Assembly (NCBI GenBank): GCA_023664625.1
Contig: JAMPFD010000003.1
Coordinates: 106,384 to 170,383 of the forward strand
Reading direction: 5' to 3'
Source of the DNA: Bacillota bacterium
GTDB taxonomy: Bacteria; Bacteroidota; Bacteroidia; Bacteroidales; Bacteroidaceae
Length of the DNA stretch: 64,000 nt
Numbering within the stretch: the stretch's first letter is position 1; every line of letters starts with the position of its first letter. The position numbers were made by a program, and so were the translations under genes. Positions 47,767 through 58,473 of the stretch are shown one piece after another. The notes under the pieces were generated by a model, which was given only the letters and a program-made list of their open reading frames with translations, had not been told where the DNA came from and did no database searches.

Positions 47767-49206
47767 TCATTTTATATTGTCAACCCATGTAAAGAGGCGG
47801 TGCCAGCGTATGCCGGAGAAGCCGTGGCGGTCAGGGTCGGAAGACCACCAGATGAAGAGAGGCTTGCCCACGATATGGTCCTCAGGGACGAAGCCCCAGT
47901 AGCGGGAGTCCGCCGAGTTGTGGCGGTTGTCGCCCATCATCCAGTAGTAGTCCATCTTGAACGTGTAGGACGTTGCCTCCTTGCCGTTGATGAGAATCCT
48001 GCCATCCTTTGTGACGACAAGGTCATTGCCCTCGTATGTGCGTATCGGACGTTCGTATACGGCGATATTGTTGACATCAAGCTTCACGGACTTTCCCTTT
48101 TGAGGAATCCATACCGGCCCATAGTTGTCACGTGTCCAGCCTGTCCTTGCGTTGAGCGGATAGAGGTCGCCCGTAGGAGAGTTGGTATTGAGGGAAATGC
48201 TCTTGACTATGTCTCTGCGTGATTTCAGCACATCATAAGCACGTTTTGTCAATGGCATATAGCCATACTGGTTAAGCTGCGTGAGGTCCTCCATGGAGAT
48301 TCCAAGCGACTCAATGAGCTCCTCAGGGAACTGTGACCGGAGCTTGACATTATAAGTGTACTGCACATTGTCAGGCTCTTTGTTTGCCTTTCCGTCAAGA
48401 TATACGATACGGTCCTTTATCTGCAAGGTCTGTCCGGGCAGTCCCACGCAACGTTTGACATAGTTTTCGCGGCGGTCGGCAGGACGTGTGATGATGTCAC
48501 CGTAGTCATTAGGGTTTTGGCTTATATACTTCTTCCCTGCCTCATAGTAGGCGTTGTAAAGCGCACGTTGCTGTATTGGCGTAAGAGAGTCCGTCGGAGT
48601 GTCAGTCTCAACAAGCTGCTGCCCGAATGAATATGCCATTTGATAGAAGTCTGCACCTGCCCAACGCTCGTCAGAGACAAGTGTGTCGCCGGCAGGATAG
48701 TTGAAGACTACGATATCGTTAAGCTCCACCTTTCCGAGTCCCTTGGCACGACGGTACTCCCACTGCGGGAATTCAATGTAGCTCTTGCATCCGAAAAGCG
48801 GCATTGTATGCTGTGTCAGAGGCATTGTGAGCGGCGTCTGCGGTATGCGGGGGCCATAGGCGACCTTACTTACGCAGAGATAGTCACCGGTGAGAAGAGA
48901 CTTCTCCAGGGAACTTGACGGTATTACATAATTCTGGAAGAAGAAGAGATTGATGAAGTAGACGGCGACAAGGGCGAAGACGATGGCGTCAACCCATGAC
49001 ATGACAAACCGCGTCATGCCGTCCGCGTCACGCCACCACTGCCAGTTTATCTTACGGGAGATATAGACATCGTAGATGAATGGCACTACGAGGAGTCCCC
49101 ACCATGACTCCACCCAATAGAGGAAGAGGAGGTAGAGTACCGTCACTATGGCGAATTTCGCCCATTGCACAGCCTTCTTAGGCTCTTGCTTTCTGATTTT
49201 TCTCAT
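47767..49206 (-). CDS. lepB: Signal peptidase I (S26 family, long Bacteroidetes form)
   Basis: 479 aa with an N-terminal TM segment and the catalytic regions VAYGPRIPQT... and GDNRHNSADSRYWGFVPEDHIVGKPLFIWWS (box E). Confidence 0.88.
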   Translation of the reverse strand: MRKIRKQEPKKAVQWAKFAIVTVLYLLFLYWVESWWGLLVVPFIYDVYISRKINWQWWRDADGMTRFVMSWVDAIVFALVAVYFINLFFFQNYVIPSSSLEKSLLTGDYLCVSKVAYGPRIPQTPLTMPLTQHTMPLFGCKSYIEFPQWEYRRAKGLGKVELNDIVVFNYPAGDTLVSDERWAGADFYQMAYSFGQQLVETDTPTDSLTPIQQRALYNAYYEAGKKYISQNPNDYGDIITRPADRRENYVKRCVGLPGQTLQIKDRIVYLDGKANKEPDNVQYTYNVKLRSQFPEELIESLGISMEDLTQLNQYGYMPLTKRAYDVLKSRRDIVKSISLNTNSPTGDLYPLNARTGWTRDNYGPVWIPQKGKSVKLDVNNIAVYERPIRTYEGNDLVVTKDGRILINGKEATSYTFKMDYYWMMGDNRHNSADSRYWGFVPEDHIVGKPLFIWWSSDPDRHGFSGIRWHRLFTWVDNIK

Positions 49207-49214
49207 TGTTTTCC

Positions 49215-49970
49215 TTAGAACTTGAACATGTCATCGATGGTCAGCAGCCCCTCATGCACTGACGTGAACTCCGCAGCCAGAACCGCTCCGAGAGCAAAGC
49301 CCTGACGTGAGTGGGCGTCATGGGTGATGGTGATGCTGTCCGCCTCACTGTCGTATGTGATGGAGTGTATGCCGGGAACCTCGTCACGGCGGATTGAGTT
49401 GATTGTAAGCTTTGAAGGATCGTTGTCCTCAGCCGGAGTCACGGTGCCGTCAGGATTCTGCACGGCGCCCACCTGCCAGCCTGTCTTGCGGTCAAGACAT
49501 CCGACAATCTGCTCGGCGAGCGTTATGCCCGTCCCTGACGGATGGTCGAGCTTATGGACATGGTGGGTCTCCGTCTCCTCGACATCATACTGCGGGAAAG
49601 TGTTCATCATGCTTGCCAGATACTTGTTGACGGCGGAGAATATCGCCACGCCTATGGAAAAATTGGATGCCCAGAAAAGTGTCTTTCCTTCTTCGGCACA
49701 CGCCTTTCTGACATCATCGCCATGTTCCTTGAGCCATCCCGTGGAACCGGAGACTACCTTCACGCCGGCTTTCCATGCCTTCAGGTAATTGCCGTAAGCC
49801 ACCTGCGGAGCGGTAAATTCTATTGCGACATCTGCCGAGGCAAACGCCTCGGACTCGAAATCCTGCTGATTGTCAATATCAATGATACTGACAATCTCAT
49901 GGCCTCGGGAAAGAGCGGTCTGCTCTATCATACGTCCCATCTTGCCATAGCCTATGAGTGCTATTTTCAT
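49215..49970 (-). CDS. dapB: 4-hydroxy-tetrahydrodipicolinate reductase
   Basis: 251 aa with MKIALIGYGKMGR (Rossmann) and HHVHKLDHPSGTG (the DapB substrate-binding HH motif). Confidence 0.92.
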   Translation of the reverse strand: MKIALIGYGKMGRMIEQTALSRGHEIVSIIDIDNQQDFESEAFASADVAIEFTAPQVAYGNYLKAWKAGVKVVSGSTGWLKEHGDDVRKACAEEGKTLFWASNFSIGVAIFSAVNKYLASMMNTFPQYDVEETETHHVHKLDHPSGTGITLAEQIVGCLDRKTGWQVGAVQNPDGTVTPAEDNDPSKLTINSIRRDEVPGIHSITYDSEADSITITHDAHSRQGFALGAVLAAEFTSVHEGLLTIDDMFKF

Positions 49971-50275
49971 TATGTGAGTTTTTTTTATGGTTGTAGATTG
50001 GGGTTCCCGAATGCAGAGACGCCCCCTGTTCCTGAACTGCGGAACTTACATAATATCAATGCAAAAATACTCATTTCTCCGCACATACACATACGTACAT
50101 AACAATATTTAGCATTATTTGTAATGTGTATCTTAAAAAAACATAACAATTAACTATATAATAATGTGAACAAGATTATTTTGAGTATTTTTGCGCCCCG
50201 AAACGGCAGCGGTATGAACCACATGCCGGAATCTGCAACTAAAAGAAAGAACAAGAAAACATACAACAACCTACA

Positions 50276-52600
50276 ATGAAAGAGAACTTGGTCATCGTGG
50301 AGAGTCCTGCAAAGGCAAAGACCATTGAGAAGTTCCTTGGCAAGGAATACAAGGTCATGTCGTCCTACGGACACATCCGCGACTTGAAAAAGAAAGAAAT
50401 AAGCATCGACCTCAAGAGCCTCAACCCTGTATACGAGATTCCTGAGGAGAAGAAGAAGCTTGTCAACGAGCTGAAGACTCAGGCGAAGAAAGCCGACAAG
50501 GTCTGGCTTGCATCCGATGAGGACCGCGAGGGAGAGGCTATCTCATGGCACCTTTGCGAGGTTCTCGGACTGGACGAGCAGAAGACTGCACGCATTGTGT
50601 TCCACGAAATAACAAAGCCTGCCATCCTCGATGCCATCGAGCATCCGAGACATCTTGACATGAACCTCGTCGATGCCCAGCAGGCACGCCGTGTACTTGA
50701 CCGTCTTGTGGGTTTCAAACTCTCTCCTGTGCTGTGGCGCAAGGTGAAGCCTGCTCTCTCCGCAGGCCGCGTCCAGTCCGTGGCAGTAAGGCTTATCGTG
50801 GAGCGGGAGCGGGAAATCCAGCTTTTCAAGTCTGAGCCTTACTACAGGGTGAACGCCATCTTCACCATTGAAGAGGATGGTCATCCCATAGAGGTGAAGG
50901 CAGAGCTTGACCGTCGCTTCAAGACCCATGAGGAGGCACAGGCCTTCCTTGAGAAATGCCGCGATGCGGAGTTCAAGGTGGCAGACATACAGAAAAAGCC
51001 GCTCCACCGCACACCGGCACCGCCGTTCACGACATCAACTCTCCAGCAGGAGGCGGCAAGAAAGCTCGGTTTCACTGTTTCCCAAACAATGATGGTGGCA
51101 CAGCATCTCTACGAAAACGGTCTCATAACCTACATGCGTACCGACTCCGTGAACCTCTCCAAGCTCTGCATAGGCGCGTCAAAGGAGGACATCATCAACG
51201 AATATGGCGAGGAATACAGCCGTCCGCGTAACTACCAGACCAAGTCAAAGGGTGCGCAGGAAGCCCACGAGGCCATCCGTCCGACATATATGGATAAGGT
51301 GAAGATCGACGGTACGGTACAGGAACGACGCCTTTACGAGCTCATCCGCAAGCGCACCATAGCCTCTCAGATGGCTGACGCCGAGCTTGAGAAGACCCAG
51401 GTGACGATAAGCGTCAGCGGAACCGCCGAGCAGTTCATCGCCCAGGGTGAGGCAATAAAGTTTGACGGCTTCCTTAAAGTCTATGCGGAGAGCCGTGACG
51501 ACGAGCCTCAGGACGAAGAAGACGGGCACCTCCTGCCACAGTTTGTCATAGGACAGTCCATCGAACGCCGCGAGATAACCTCCACGGAGCGTTTCTCACA
51601 GTCACCTCTGAGATACACCGAGGCATCCCTCGTACACAAACTCGAGGAACTGGGTATCGGCCGCCCGTCAACCTACGCCCCTACAATATCCACCATACAG
51701 CAGCGCGGATATGTGCAGAAGGGTGACAAGAAGGGTGTCGAGAGACAGTATGTCATAGACACCCTGCGCGGAGCCGTAGTCTCCTCCCGCACCAAAAAGG
51801 AAATGGCCGGCTCCGACAAGGGCAAGCTCCAGCCGACGGACATAGGCATCGTCGTGAACGATTTCCTCATACAGTACTTCCCGAACATCATGGACTACAA
51901 CTTCACCGCCAAAGTCGAGGAGAAGTTTGACGAGATTGCCGAGGGCAAGGAGCCATGGAACAACATGATAAAGGACTTCTACGGAGAGTTCGACAAGACC
52001 GTCGAGGAGACCATCAACTCACGCTCCGAGCATAAAGCGGGAGAGCGCGAGATCGGAAATGACCCTAAGAGCGGCAAGCCTGTCTTCGTAAAGATAGGAA
52101 GATACGGGCCCGTCGTACAGATAGGAACGGCTGACGACGAGGAGAAGCCACGGTTCGCACAGCTTCCTGCAGACAAGTCCATGGAGACGATAACCCTCGA
52201 GGAGGCTCTTGCCCTCTTTGCCCTGCCACGCCGTCTCGGAACCTACGAAGGACATGTCATCACCGTAGGAGCAGGACGCTTCGGCCCGTATATCCTCCAC
52301 AACAAGAAATACGTCTCACTGCCTAAGGACATCGATCCGCTCACCGCCGACCTCGAATGTGCCGTAAGACTCATTGTCGAGAAGCGCAGACAGGAGGAAC
52401 AGCGATATATCAAGGTCTTCGAGGAGGACGAAAAGATGCAGCTTCTCAACGGACGCTACGGACCTTACATCCAGTATGACGGCAAGAACTACCGCCTGCC
52501 TAAAGCCCTTCACGGACGTGTCAGTGAACTTTCCTACGAGGAATGCATGGAAATTGTCAATAATCCTGTAGCCTCAAAACGAACGGCAAAGAAACAATAA
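50276..52600 (+). CDS. topA: DNA topoisomerase I
   Basis: 774 aa. TOPRIM domain (LVIVESPAKAKTI ... ASDEDREGEAIS), catalytic Tyr region (GLITYMRTDS) and C-terminal Zn-ribbon-like repeats. Confidence 0.95.
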   Translation: MKENLVIVESPAKAKTIEKFLGKEYKVMSSYGHIRDLKKKEISIDLKSLNPVYEIPEEKKKLVNELKTQAKKADKVWLASDEDREGEAISWHLCEVLGLDEQKTARIVFHEITKPAILDAIEHPRHLDMNLVDAQQARRVLDRLVGFKLSPVLWRKVKPALSAGRVQSVAVRLIVEREREIQLFKSEPYYRVNAIFTIEEDGHPIEVKAELDRRFKTHEEAQAFLEKCRDAEFKVADIQKKPLHRTPAPPFTTSTLQQEAARKLGFTVSQTMMVAQHLYENGLITYMRTDSVNLSKLCIGASKEDIINEYGEEYSRPRNYQTKSKGAQEAHEAIRPTYMDKVKIDGTVQERRLYELIRKRTIASQMADAELEKTQVTISVSGTAEQFIAQGEAIKFDGFLKVYAESRDDEPQDEEDGHLLPQFVIGQSIERREITSTERFSQSPLRYTEASLVHKLEELGIGRPSTYAPTISTIQQRGYVQKGDKKGVERQYVIDTLRGAVVSSRTKKEMAGSDKGKLQPTDIGIVVNDFLIQYFPNIMDYNFTAKVEEKFDEIAEGKEPWNNMIKDFYGEFDKTVEETINSRSEHKAGEREIGNDPKSGKPVFVKIGRYGPVVQIGTADDEEKPRFAQLPADKSMETITLEEALALFALPRRLGTYEGHVITVGAGRFGPYILHNKKYVSLPKDIDPLTADLECAVRLIVEKRRQEEQRYIKVFEEDEKMQLLNGRYGPYIQYDGKNYRLPKALHGRVSELSYEECMEIVNNPVASKRTAKKQ

Positions 52601-52768
52601 GCTACGAATACGACGCTCCCCTTCCCCATGGCCACACATGCGGGAAAGGGAGCGTCACGGTGTTATATCCGGCAGGACGCACACACATTGCTCCTCCGGC
52701 TCCGCACACCGGCAGCCGGTCAGGCAACCGCACTTCACAGCAAACAATCTCCCCAACAGAAACCTAAC

Positions 52769-53293
52769 ATGAAAAGAATCATACTCATAGGCTACATGGG
52801 CGTCGGCAAGACCACCGTCGGCAAAGCTCTCGCCAAGAAACTCGGCCTTATGTTCTACGACCTCGACTGGTACATAGAGTCCAGAATGAGGAAAACCGTC
52901 AAGCAGATATTCGACGAGCGGGGAGAAGACGGCTTCCGCAAGATCGAGCACAACATGCTCCATGAGGTTGCAGAATTTGAAAACGTGATAATCGCCTGCG
53001 GCGGAGGCACGCCCTGCTTCTTTGACAATATCGACTACATGAACCGGCAGGCAGACACCATCTTCCTGAAAGGCTCGCCGGAGACCATAATGAAGCACCT
53101 GCGCATGGGCAAAGGAGTAAGGCCCCTGCTTCTCGGGAAGAACAATGAGGAACTCCGCGAATACATAGAAGAATCCCTCATGACACGAAACCCGTTCTAC
53201 ACCAAGGCCAAACATACCATAGAGGTGCAGCCCATGGACAGCTTCGAGAAGACCGACAGCATCGTGGAAGAGATTCGCGACATCATTGAATGA
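52769..53293 (+). CDS. aroK: Shikimate kinase
   Basis: Walker A GYMGVGKTTVGK, then DLD and the LID region. The start is moved to the ATG at 52769 (MKRIILIGYMG...). Confidence 0.88.
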   Translation: MKRIILIGYMGVGKTTVGKALAKKLGLMFYDLDWYIESRMRKTVKQIFDERGEDGFRKIEHNMLHEVAEFENVIIACGGGTPCFFDNIDYMNRQADTIFLKGSPETIMKHLRMGKGVRPLLLGKNNEELREYIEESLMTRNPFYTKAKHTIEVQPMDSFEKTDSIVEEIRDIIE

Positions 53294-53362
53294 CATCCCC
53301 GCACAGCCAAGGGCCATACCTTTCCAATATACAAAAATCCTTCCTATCAATAAAGAACAGAC

Positions 53363-54160
53363 ATGAACATCACAGTAGTAAAAGTCGGAGGAGCCATCGT
53401 TGAGGACGAGGCGCAGCTCCGCCGGCTCATCAACGACTTCGCCGCCATCACCGGCCCCAAGATACTTGTCCACGGCGGAGGCCGCCGCGCAACGAAAGTC
53501 GCCGCGCAGCTCGGCATAGAAAGCCGGATGATCGGCGGACGGCGAGTAACCGACGCCGCCATGCTCGATGTCGTCACGATGGTCTATGGCGGACTTGTCA
53601 ACAAGCATCTCGTGGCAATGCTCCAGTCGAAAGGCGTGAACGCCATAGGACTGACAGGGGCGGACATGGACATCATACGCTCCCACAAGCGTCCTCTCAG
53701 GCGCATGGAGACAGACGGCGGGGAACAGATGGTCGACTTCGGCTTTGTGGGAGACGTCGACCGCGCCGACGGGAAGACGCTCCTGAAACTCCTTGACCAG
53801 GGAGCCGTGCCCGTCATTGCCCCGCTGACACATGACGGGAACGGAAATATCCTCAACACGAACGCCGACACCATGGCGGCGGAGACCGCATGCGGAATGG
53901 CGGCGGAAGGGGGCAATGTCACACTGATCTACTCCTTCGAGAAGCGCGGTGTCCTTGCCGACCCTGACGATGACAATTCCGTAATACCTGTAATAACGCA
54001 CGAGAGTTTCCTGAAATACAAGGCTGACGGCACAATCTCAGGAGGAATGCTGCCGAAAATAGAGAACGCCCTCGACGCCATAGACCGTGGCGTCGGCAAG
54101 GTTGTCATAACCCTCGCCACCGCAATAGACGGGAACTCGGGGACAACAATCACGAAGTAA
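53363..54160 (+). CDS. argB: Acetylglutamate kinase
   Basis: 265 aa with VVKVGGA (the amino acid kinase N-terminus), ILVHGGG and the overall AAK-fold layout. Confidence 0.88.
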   Translation: MNITVVKVGGAIVEDEAQLRRLINDFAAITGPKILVHGGGRRATKVAAQLGIESRMIGGRRVTDAAMLDVVTMVYGGLVNKHLVAMLQSKGVNAIGLTGADMDIIRSHKRPLRRMETDGGEQMVDFGFVGDVDRADGKTLLKLLDQGAVPVIAPLTHDGNGNILNTNADTMAAETACGMAAEGGNVTLIYSFEKRGVLADPDDDNSVIPVITHESFLKYKADGTISGGMLPKIENALDAIDRGVGKVVITLATAIDGNSGTTITK

Positions 54161-54343
54161 GTCTCTCACGGTTGGGTATTGGGTCATGCGGTTACAGTTT
54201 TTCAGGTTGTAAGGCTGTACGGATGCATGCGAAAACAAACCGCACCACCTATGGCCCCGTACAGCCCATGCCCCTGCAGCCATAAAAACCGCACGCCCCA
54301 TAACCGAAAAACATATAACACCAAAAACGCATAACCGAAAACC

Positions 54344-54838
54344 ATGTCCTCATTCCGCAACGACATACTCCCGCTGAAAGACAAGCTCTTCCGTCTTGCA
54401 TTACGCATCACGATGCAGAGGGAAGACGCCGAGGATGTCGTGCAGGACACGATGATAAAGCTGTGGGGAAAGCGAGAGGCACTCGAGACCGTTGACAACC
54501 TCGAGGCCTTTGCCATGACAATATGCCGCAACAAGGCACTCGACCATGTCAGGCGCGCCGCCGCAGGGACAGTTTCCCTCGACGACAGAATGACCCTCAA
54601 CGAAGGCTCCATAAACCCTTATGACAGCATCTACGCACAAGAATCACTGCGCCATGTCAACTCCCTCATGCAGCAGCTCCCCGAGAAACAGAGGGCATGC
54701 ATGCACCTGCGGGACTTCGAAGGAAAGAACTACCGGGAGATTGCCGACATCATGGAGATGACGGAAGACCAGGTGAAAATCAATATCTTCCGTGCAAGAA
54801 AAGCCATAAAGAGTAAAATCCGCAGCAACCGGCAATAG
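54344..54838 (+). CDS. RNA polymerase sigma-70 factor, ECF subfamily
   Basis: 164 aa with region 2 (DAEDVVQDTMIKLW) and region 4 (REIADIMEMTEDQVKINIFRARKAI). Confidence 0.88.
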   Translation: MSSFRNDILPLKDKLFRLALRITMQREDAEDVVQDTMIKLWGKREALETVDNLEAFAMTICRNKALDHVRRAAAGTVSLDDRMTLNEGSINPYDSIYAQESLRHVNSLMQQLPEKQRACMHLRDFEGKNYREIADIMEMTEDQVKINIFRARKAIKSKIRSNRQ

Positions 54839-54906
54839 GAATCCCGCAGCCTGCAAACGAAAGCATGCAACCATAAAACCGCATACCCCACAAAAAAACA
54901 TACACA

Positions 54907-55905
54907 ATGAAAATCCAGAACGTAATCAACGAAGACGCAAGATGGCGCAAGATGCTCGGCCTCTCCACAATAGAAGGACTCAACAACGCCATCGGCAAAG
55001 GCCGTGCCACAAACCTCATACAGGTCTGCGAGGCTCTCCAGGAAAAGAAAATCGTGGAGATTGCCGACCGCATCGCCAAACTTCCTGAGGTCAGGACCGT
55101 CCTCCTCGCAGGGCCGTCCTCCTCGGGAAAGACGACGACAAGCAAGCGTCTCAGCATACAGCTCATAGCAAACGGCATCTGGCCGGTGCCGATTTCCCTT
55201 GACGACTACTTCCTCGACCGCCATCTCACACCGAAGGACGAGAACGGCGACTATGACTTCGAACGCCTCGACGCCCTCAACGTCGAACTGCTCAACGACC
55301 ATCTCAACGCCCTCTTCCGCGGGGAAGAGATTGAATTGCCACGGTACAACTTCAAGGACGGACGCAGCGAGAAGAGCGGGCAGCGCCTGCAGCTGAAAGG
55401 CAACGAAGTTCTTATCTTCGAGGGAATCCATGCCCTCAACCCTGCACTGACATGCCATGTCCCGCAGAACCAGATATTCCGCCTCTATGCCTCTGCACTC
55501 GTCAGCAACTTTCTCGATGACGGCACACGCATACCGACAAGTGACAACAGACTCCTGCGGCGCATCCTCCGTGACGTAAGACAGCGCGGCGTGTCGGCGG
55601 CAGAGACGATACGCCGATGGCCGAGCGTACGTGCCGGAGAGGAAAAATGGATATTCCCATATCAGGAAAACGCCGACGCAGTATTCAATACAGCCATGCT
55701 TTTTGAACTCGCCGTCATGAAGACCCAGGGGGAGCGCATTCTCAATGACCTTCTGGAACAGGAGACGGACACCGCCGTCACTGACGCGGCACGGCGCCTC
55801 CTCGGATGGCTCGCTCCAATCAAGTCCATGGACATGGCAGAGAAGGACATCCCGCCGACAAGCCTCCTGAGAGAATTCCTCGGCGGAAGCTCTTTCGAAT
55901 ACTGA
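54907..55905 (+). CDS. P-loop nucleoside/nucleotide kinase family protein (uridine kinase / phosphoribulokinase-like)
   Basis: 332 aa with Walker A LLAGPSSSGKTTTSKRL and a PRK/uridine-kinase-like layout. There is no anti-sigma TM helix, so it is not the sigma factor's partner. Confidence 0.55.
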   Translation: MKIQNVINEDARWRKMLGLSTIEGLNNAIGKGRATNLIQVCEALQEKKIVEIADRIAKLPEVRTVLLAGPSSSGKTTTSKRLSIQLIANGIWPVPISLDDYFLDRHLTPKDENGDYDFERLDALNVELLNDHLNALFRGEEIELPRYNFKDGRSEKSGQRLQLKGNEVLIFEGIHALNPALTCHVPQNQIFRLYASALVSNFLDDGTRIPTSDNRLLRRILRDVRQRGVSAAETIRRWPSVRAGEEKWIFPYQENADAVFNTAMLFELAVMKTQGERILNDLLEQETDTAVTDAARRLLGWLAPIKSMDMAEKDIPPTSLLREFLGGSSFEY

Positions 55906-56171
55906 TGCGGGCTTCTAAGACAAGAAACCCGCCATCGGCCGGTCAGACAGGAAAAACAACGGCCCAAGCCGGTCAACGGCATCAGTCCGGGCCATCTGCA
56001 CCGACCTTCCACGAGAGAAACATGAAGCAGAAGGACATATACGGCGGACTGCATGGCCTGCTGGCTCCCGGGCTTCAACCGGCATGGAAAAGCCGGGAGC
56101 CATGAGCAGCGGCAAGCTTGCTCTCAATAAAAGTACTCTTTCAGGAAAACAGCTGATTTCCAGATAATGAC

Positions 56172-56253
56172 GAAAGGTTACCCTTTACACTGCGAACCGT
56201 TACCTTCCACATAGTCAAAGGTGACCTTTCGTAACGTAAAAGGTAACCTTTCG
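56172..56253. repeat. REP-like array D: four units around AAAGGTTACC / GGTGACCTTT
   Basis: gacgaaaggttaccctttacactg, cgaaccgttaccttccacatagt, caaaggtgacctttcgtaacgt and aaaaggtaacctttcgtcatat. Confidence 0.8.
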
Positions 56254-56449
56254 TCATATAAGCCATCCACTTTGCAGAGACGGAGCCGGAGGAATGTGCA
56301 CGCCTGTCTCATGAACTTTCAAGGCATAAGCATAAAAAAGAACGCCTTTCCCTCACTTATTTCAATAATTTTCACTAACTTTGCAAAGAAAATTAGTTAT
56401 TAAGGCGAGGGGATAGGAAGAGCGGTTATGATACGACAGACAAAAATGT

Positions 56450-56595
56450 CTCCGGCGCAGCTGCCGGACTATCCCCTGGCATAATAACCCTATAACCACA
56501 AAACCTAACCCCGCAGCCGTACAACCCAAGACCCAATAACCACAAAACCGTACAACTCCATAACCCAAAAACTATAACCCAAAACCCTAAAATCT
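56450..56595 (+). promoter_or_regulatory. A/C-only leader of about 150 nt with six ATAACC copies upstream of the GH43 gene
   Basis: ccctggcataataaccctataaccacaaaacctaaccccgcagccgtacaacccaagacccaataaccacaaaaccgtacaactccataacccaaaaactataacccaaaaccctaaaatctATG. Confidence 0.5.
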
Positions 56596-58362
56596 ATGAA
56601 ATTATTGTTTGCCGCAGGACTCACTGCCCTGCTACTCTCCACCCCGGACTGTCTCGCGCAGAGCAAGAGCAACACATGGAACCCGAACCTTCCGGGCAAC
56701 AAGTACAGGAATCCCATCATCGATGCCGACTACTCCGACCCGGATGTGTGCCGCGTAGGCAACGACTACTACATGACATCGTCCTCCTTCGCCTGCTTCC
56801 CGGGACTGCAGATACTCCACTCCACCGACCTCGTCAACTGGGAGATAATCGGTGCGGCACTCACAAACGACTATCCGGTGCTGCCGGAGAACGAGGGCAA
56901 GGAACTCGACTGGCACAAGAAAATCCAGCACGGCAACTACGTATGGGCACCGTCCATACGCTACCACGACGGATGGTTCTACATCTACTGCGGAGACCCT
57001 GACCAGGGACTCTTCATGACAAAGACAAAGAACCCTCGCGGAACATGGACAGAACCGGTATGGGTGATGAAAGGAAAGGGACTCATCGACTGCTGTCCGC
57101 TATGGGACGACGACGGCAAGGCTTACCTCTCACACGGCTGCGCAGGCTCAAGGGCCGGAGTGAAGTCAGTGCTCTTCGTGGCTCCGATGTCCCCTGACGG
57201 CGAGAAAGTCATCGGCCCGTCACGAATAGTCTATGACGGACATGAAGACCAGCCTACCATTGAAGGCACGAAGTTCTACAAACGCAACGGCTACTACTAC
57301 ATCTTCTCCCCCGCAGGAGGCGTGAAGTACGGATGGCAGGTGGAGCTGCGCTCAAAGAACCCTTACGGACCATACGAGGAATACGTGGGACTTGCACAGG
57401 GAAAGTCAAAGGTCAACGGCCCTCATCAGGGCGCATGGGTCGACACCCGGAACGGCGAGGACTGGTTCCTCCACTTCCAGGACAAGCACGCCTACGGCCG
57501 CGTGGTACATCTCCAGCCTGCAAAATGGGTCAACGACTGGCTCGTCATCGGTGACGACAAGGACGGCGACGGATGCGGTGATGCCGTAGCGACATGGACA
57601 AAGCCTGACCTCCCCGCACCGAAGAACCCTGTCCAGCCGGCAGAGGATGACGACTTCAACAGCGTAGACCTCGGACTGCAGTGGCAGTTTGAAGGCCCTT
57701 ACAGCCACTACTGGTACTTCTGCGACGCAAACAAGTCCAAGCTGCGCCTCTACGGCGTAGAACAACCTGAGGACTTCAAGAACCTCTCCGACCTCCAGAA
57801 CGCACTCCTGCAGAAGTTCCCTACAGAGAACTTCACCGCCACTGCAAAGGTTAAGTTCATCCCTAACCCATCATACAAGAACAAGGGTGAGCAGGCGGGC
57901 TTCATAATCAAGGGCCAGGACTATGCCGCCCTGAAGTTCATCACCGAGAAAGGCGGCAAGGACGGCAAGGAGACCGTCTGCAAGCTCCGGTACGTTGTCT
58001 GTGAGGGTGCACAGAAAGGAAAGGCTGAGAAGGTCATCGCCGAACAGCCGATAGACCTCAGGGAACTGCCTGCGCCATACACACAGAAGTATGCCGTCGA
58101 CGACATCCCTCAGCCTCGCAACGCCACTCCTGATGTCTACGTGCGCTGCACCGTGAAATCTTCCGGCATCGGCAACGACATAAAGGCCCACGCACAGTTC
58201 TACTACAGCCTCGACGGAAAGAAGTTCAAGAAAATGGGCGAGCCGTTCACAGTCAAGGAAGGCAAGTGGATCGGTGCGAAAGTGGGATTCTTCAACTCAC
58301 GCCCTACCAAGAACAACGACGGAGCTTTCCTCGATGTTGACTGGATAAAGTTCACGAAATAA
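56596..58362 (+). CDS. Glycoside hydrolase family 43 (beta-xylosidase / alpha-L-arabinofuranosidase type) with a C-terminal beta-sandwich domain
   Basis: 588 aa with a signal peptide and a 5-bladed propeller region (DPDVCRVGNDYYMTSSS, WAPSIRYHDGWFYIY) typical of GH43, plus a C-terminal jelly-roll domain. Confidence 0.85.
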   Translation: MKLLFAAGLTALLLSTPDCLAQSKSNTWNPNLPGNKYRNPIIDADYSDPDVCRVGNDYYMTSSSFACFPGLQILHSTDLVNWEIIGAALTNDYPVLPENEGKELDWHKKIQHGNYVWAPSIRYHDGWFYIYCGDPDQGLFMTKTKNPRGTWTEPVWVMKGKGLIDCCPLWDDDGKAYLSHGCAGSRAGVKSVLFVAPMSPDGEKVIGPSRIVYDGHEDQPTIEGTKFYKRNGYYYIFSPAGGVKYGWQVELRSKNPYGPYEEYVGLAQGKSKVNGPHQGAWVDTRNGEDWFLHFQDKHAYGRVVHLQPAKWVNDWLVIGDDKDGDGCGDAVATWTKPDLPAPKNPVQPAEDDDFNSVDLGLQWQFEGPYSHYWYFCDANKSKLRLYGVEQPEDFKNLSDLQNALLQKFPTENFTATAKVKFIPNPSYKNKGEQAGFIIKGQDYAALKFITEKGGKDGKETVCKLRYVVCEGAQKGKAEKVIAEQPIDLRELPAPYTQKYAVDDIPQPRNATPDVYVRCTVKSSGIGNDIKAHAQFYYSLDGKKFKKMGEPFTVKEGKWIGAKVGFFNSRPTKNNDGAFLDVDWIKFTK

Positions 58363-58473
58363 AACAATATCCCTCAGCAGTTCCGGCGGTCCTGAACAAG
58401 ACTGCCGGAACTGCTGTCAAAGAACAATCACGGCATCGGCCGCAAGCATCATTCATAAAACAACCAGACAGTA

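Noticed and set aside
52655-54001. 448-aa ORF on the minus strand
   Set aside because: It lies entirely antisense to aroK and argB, which have clear motifs. Its composition is a mirror artefact of the high-GC coding sequence on the other strand.
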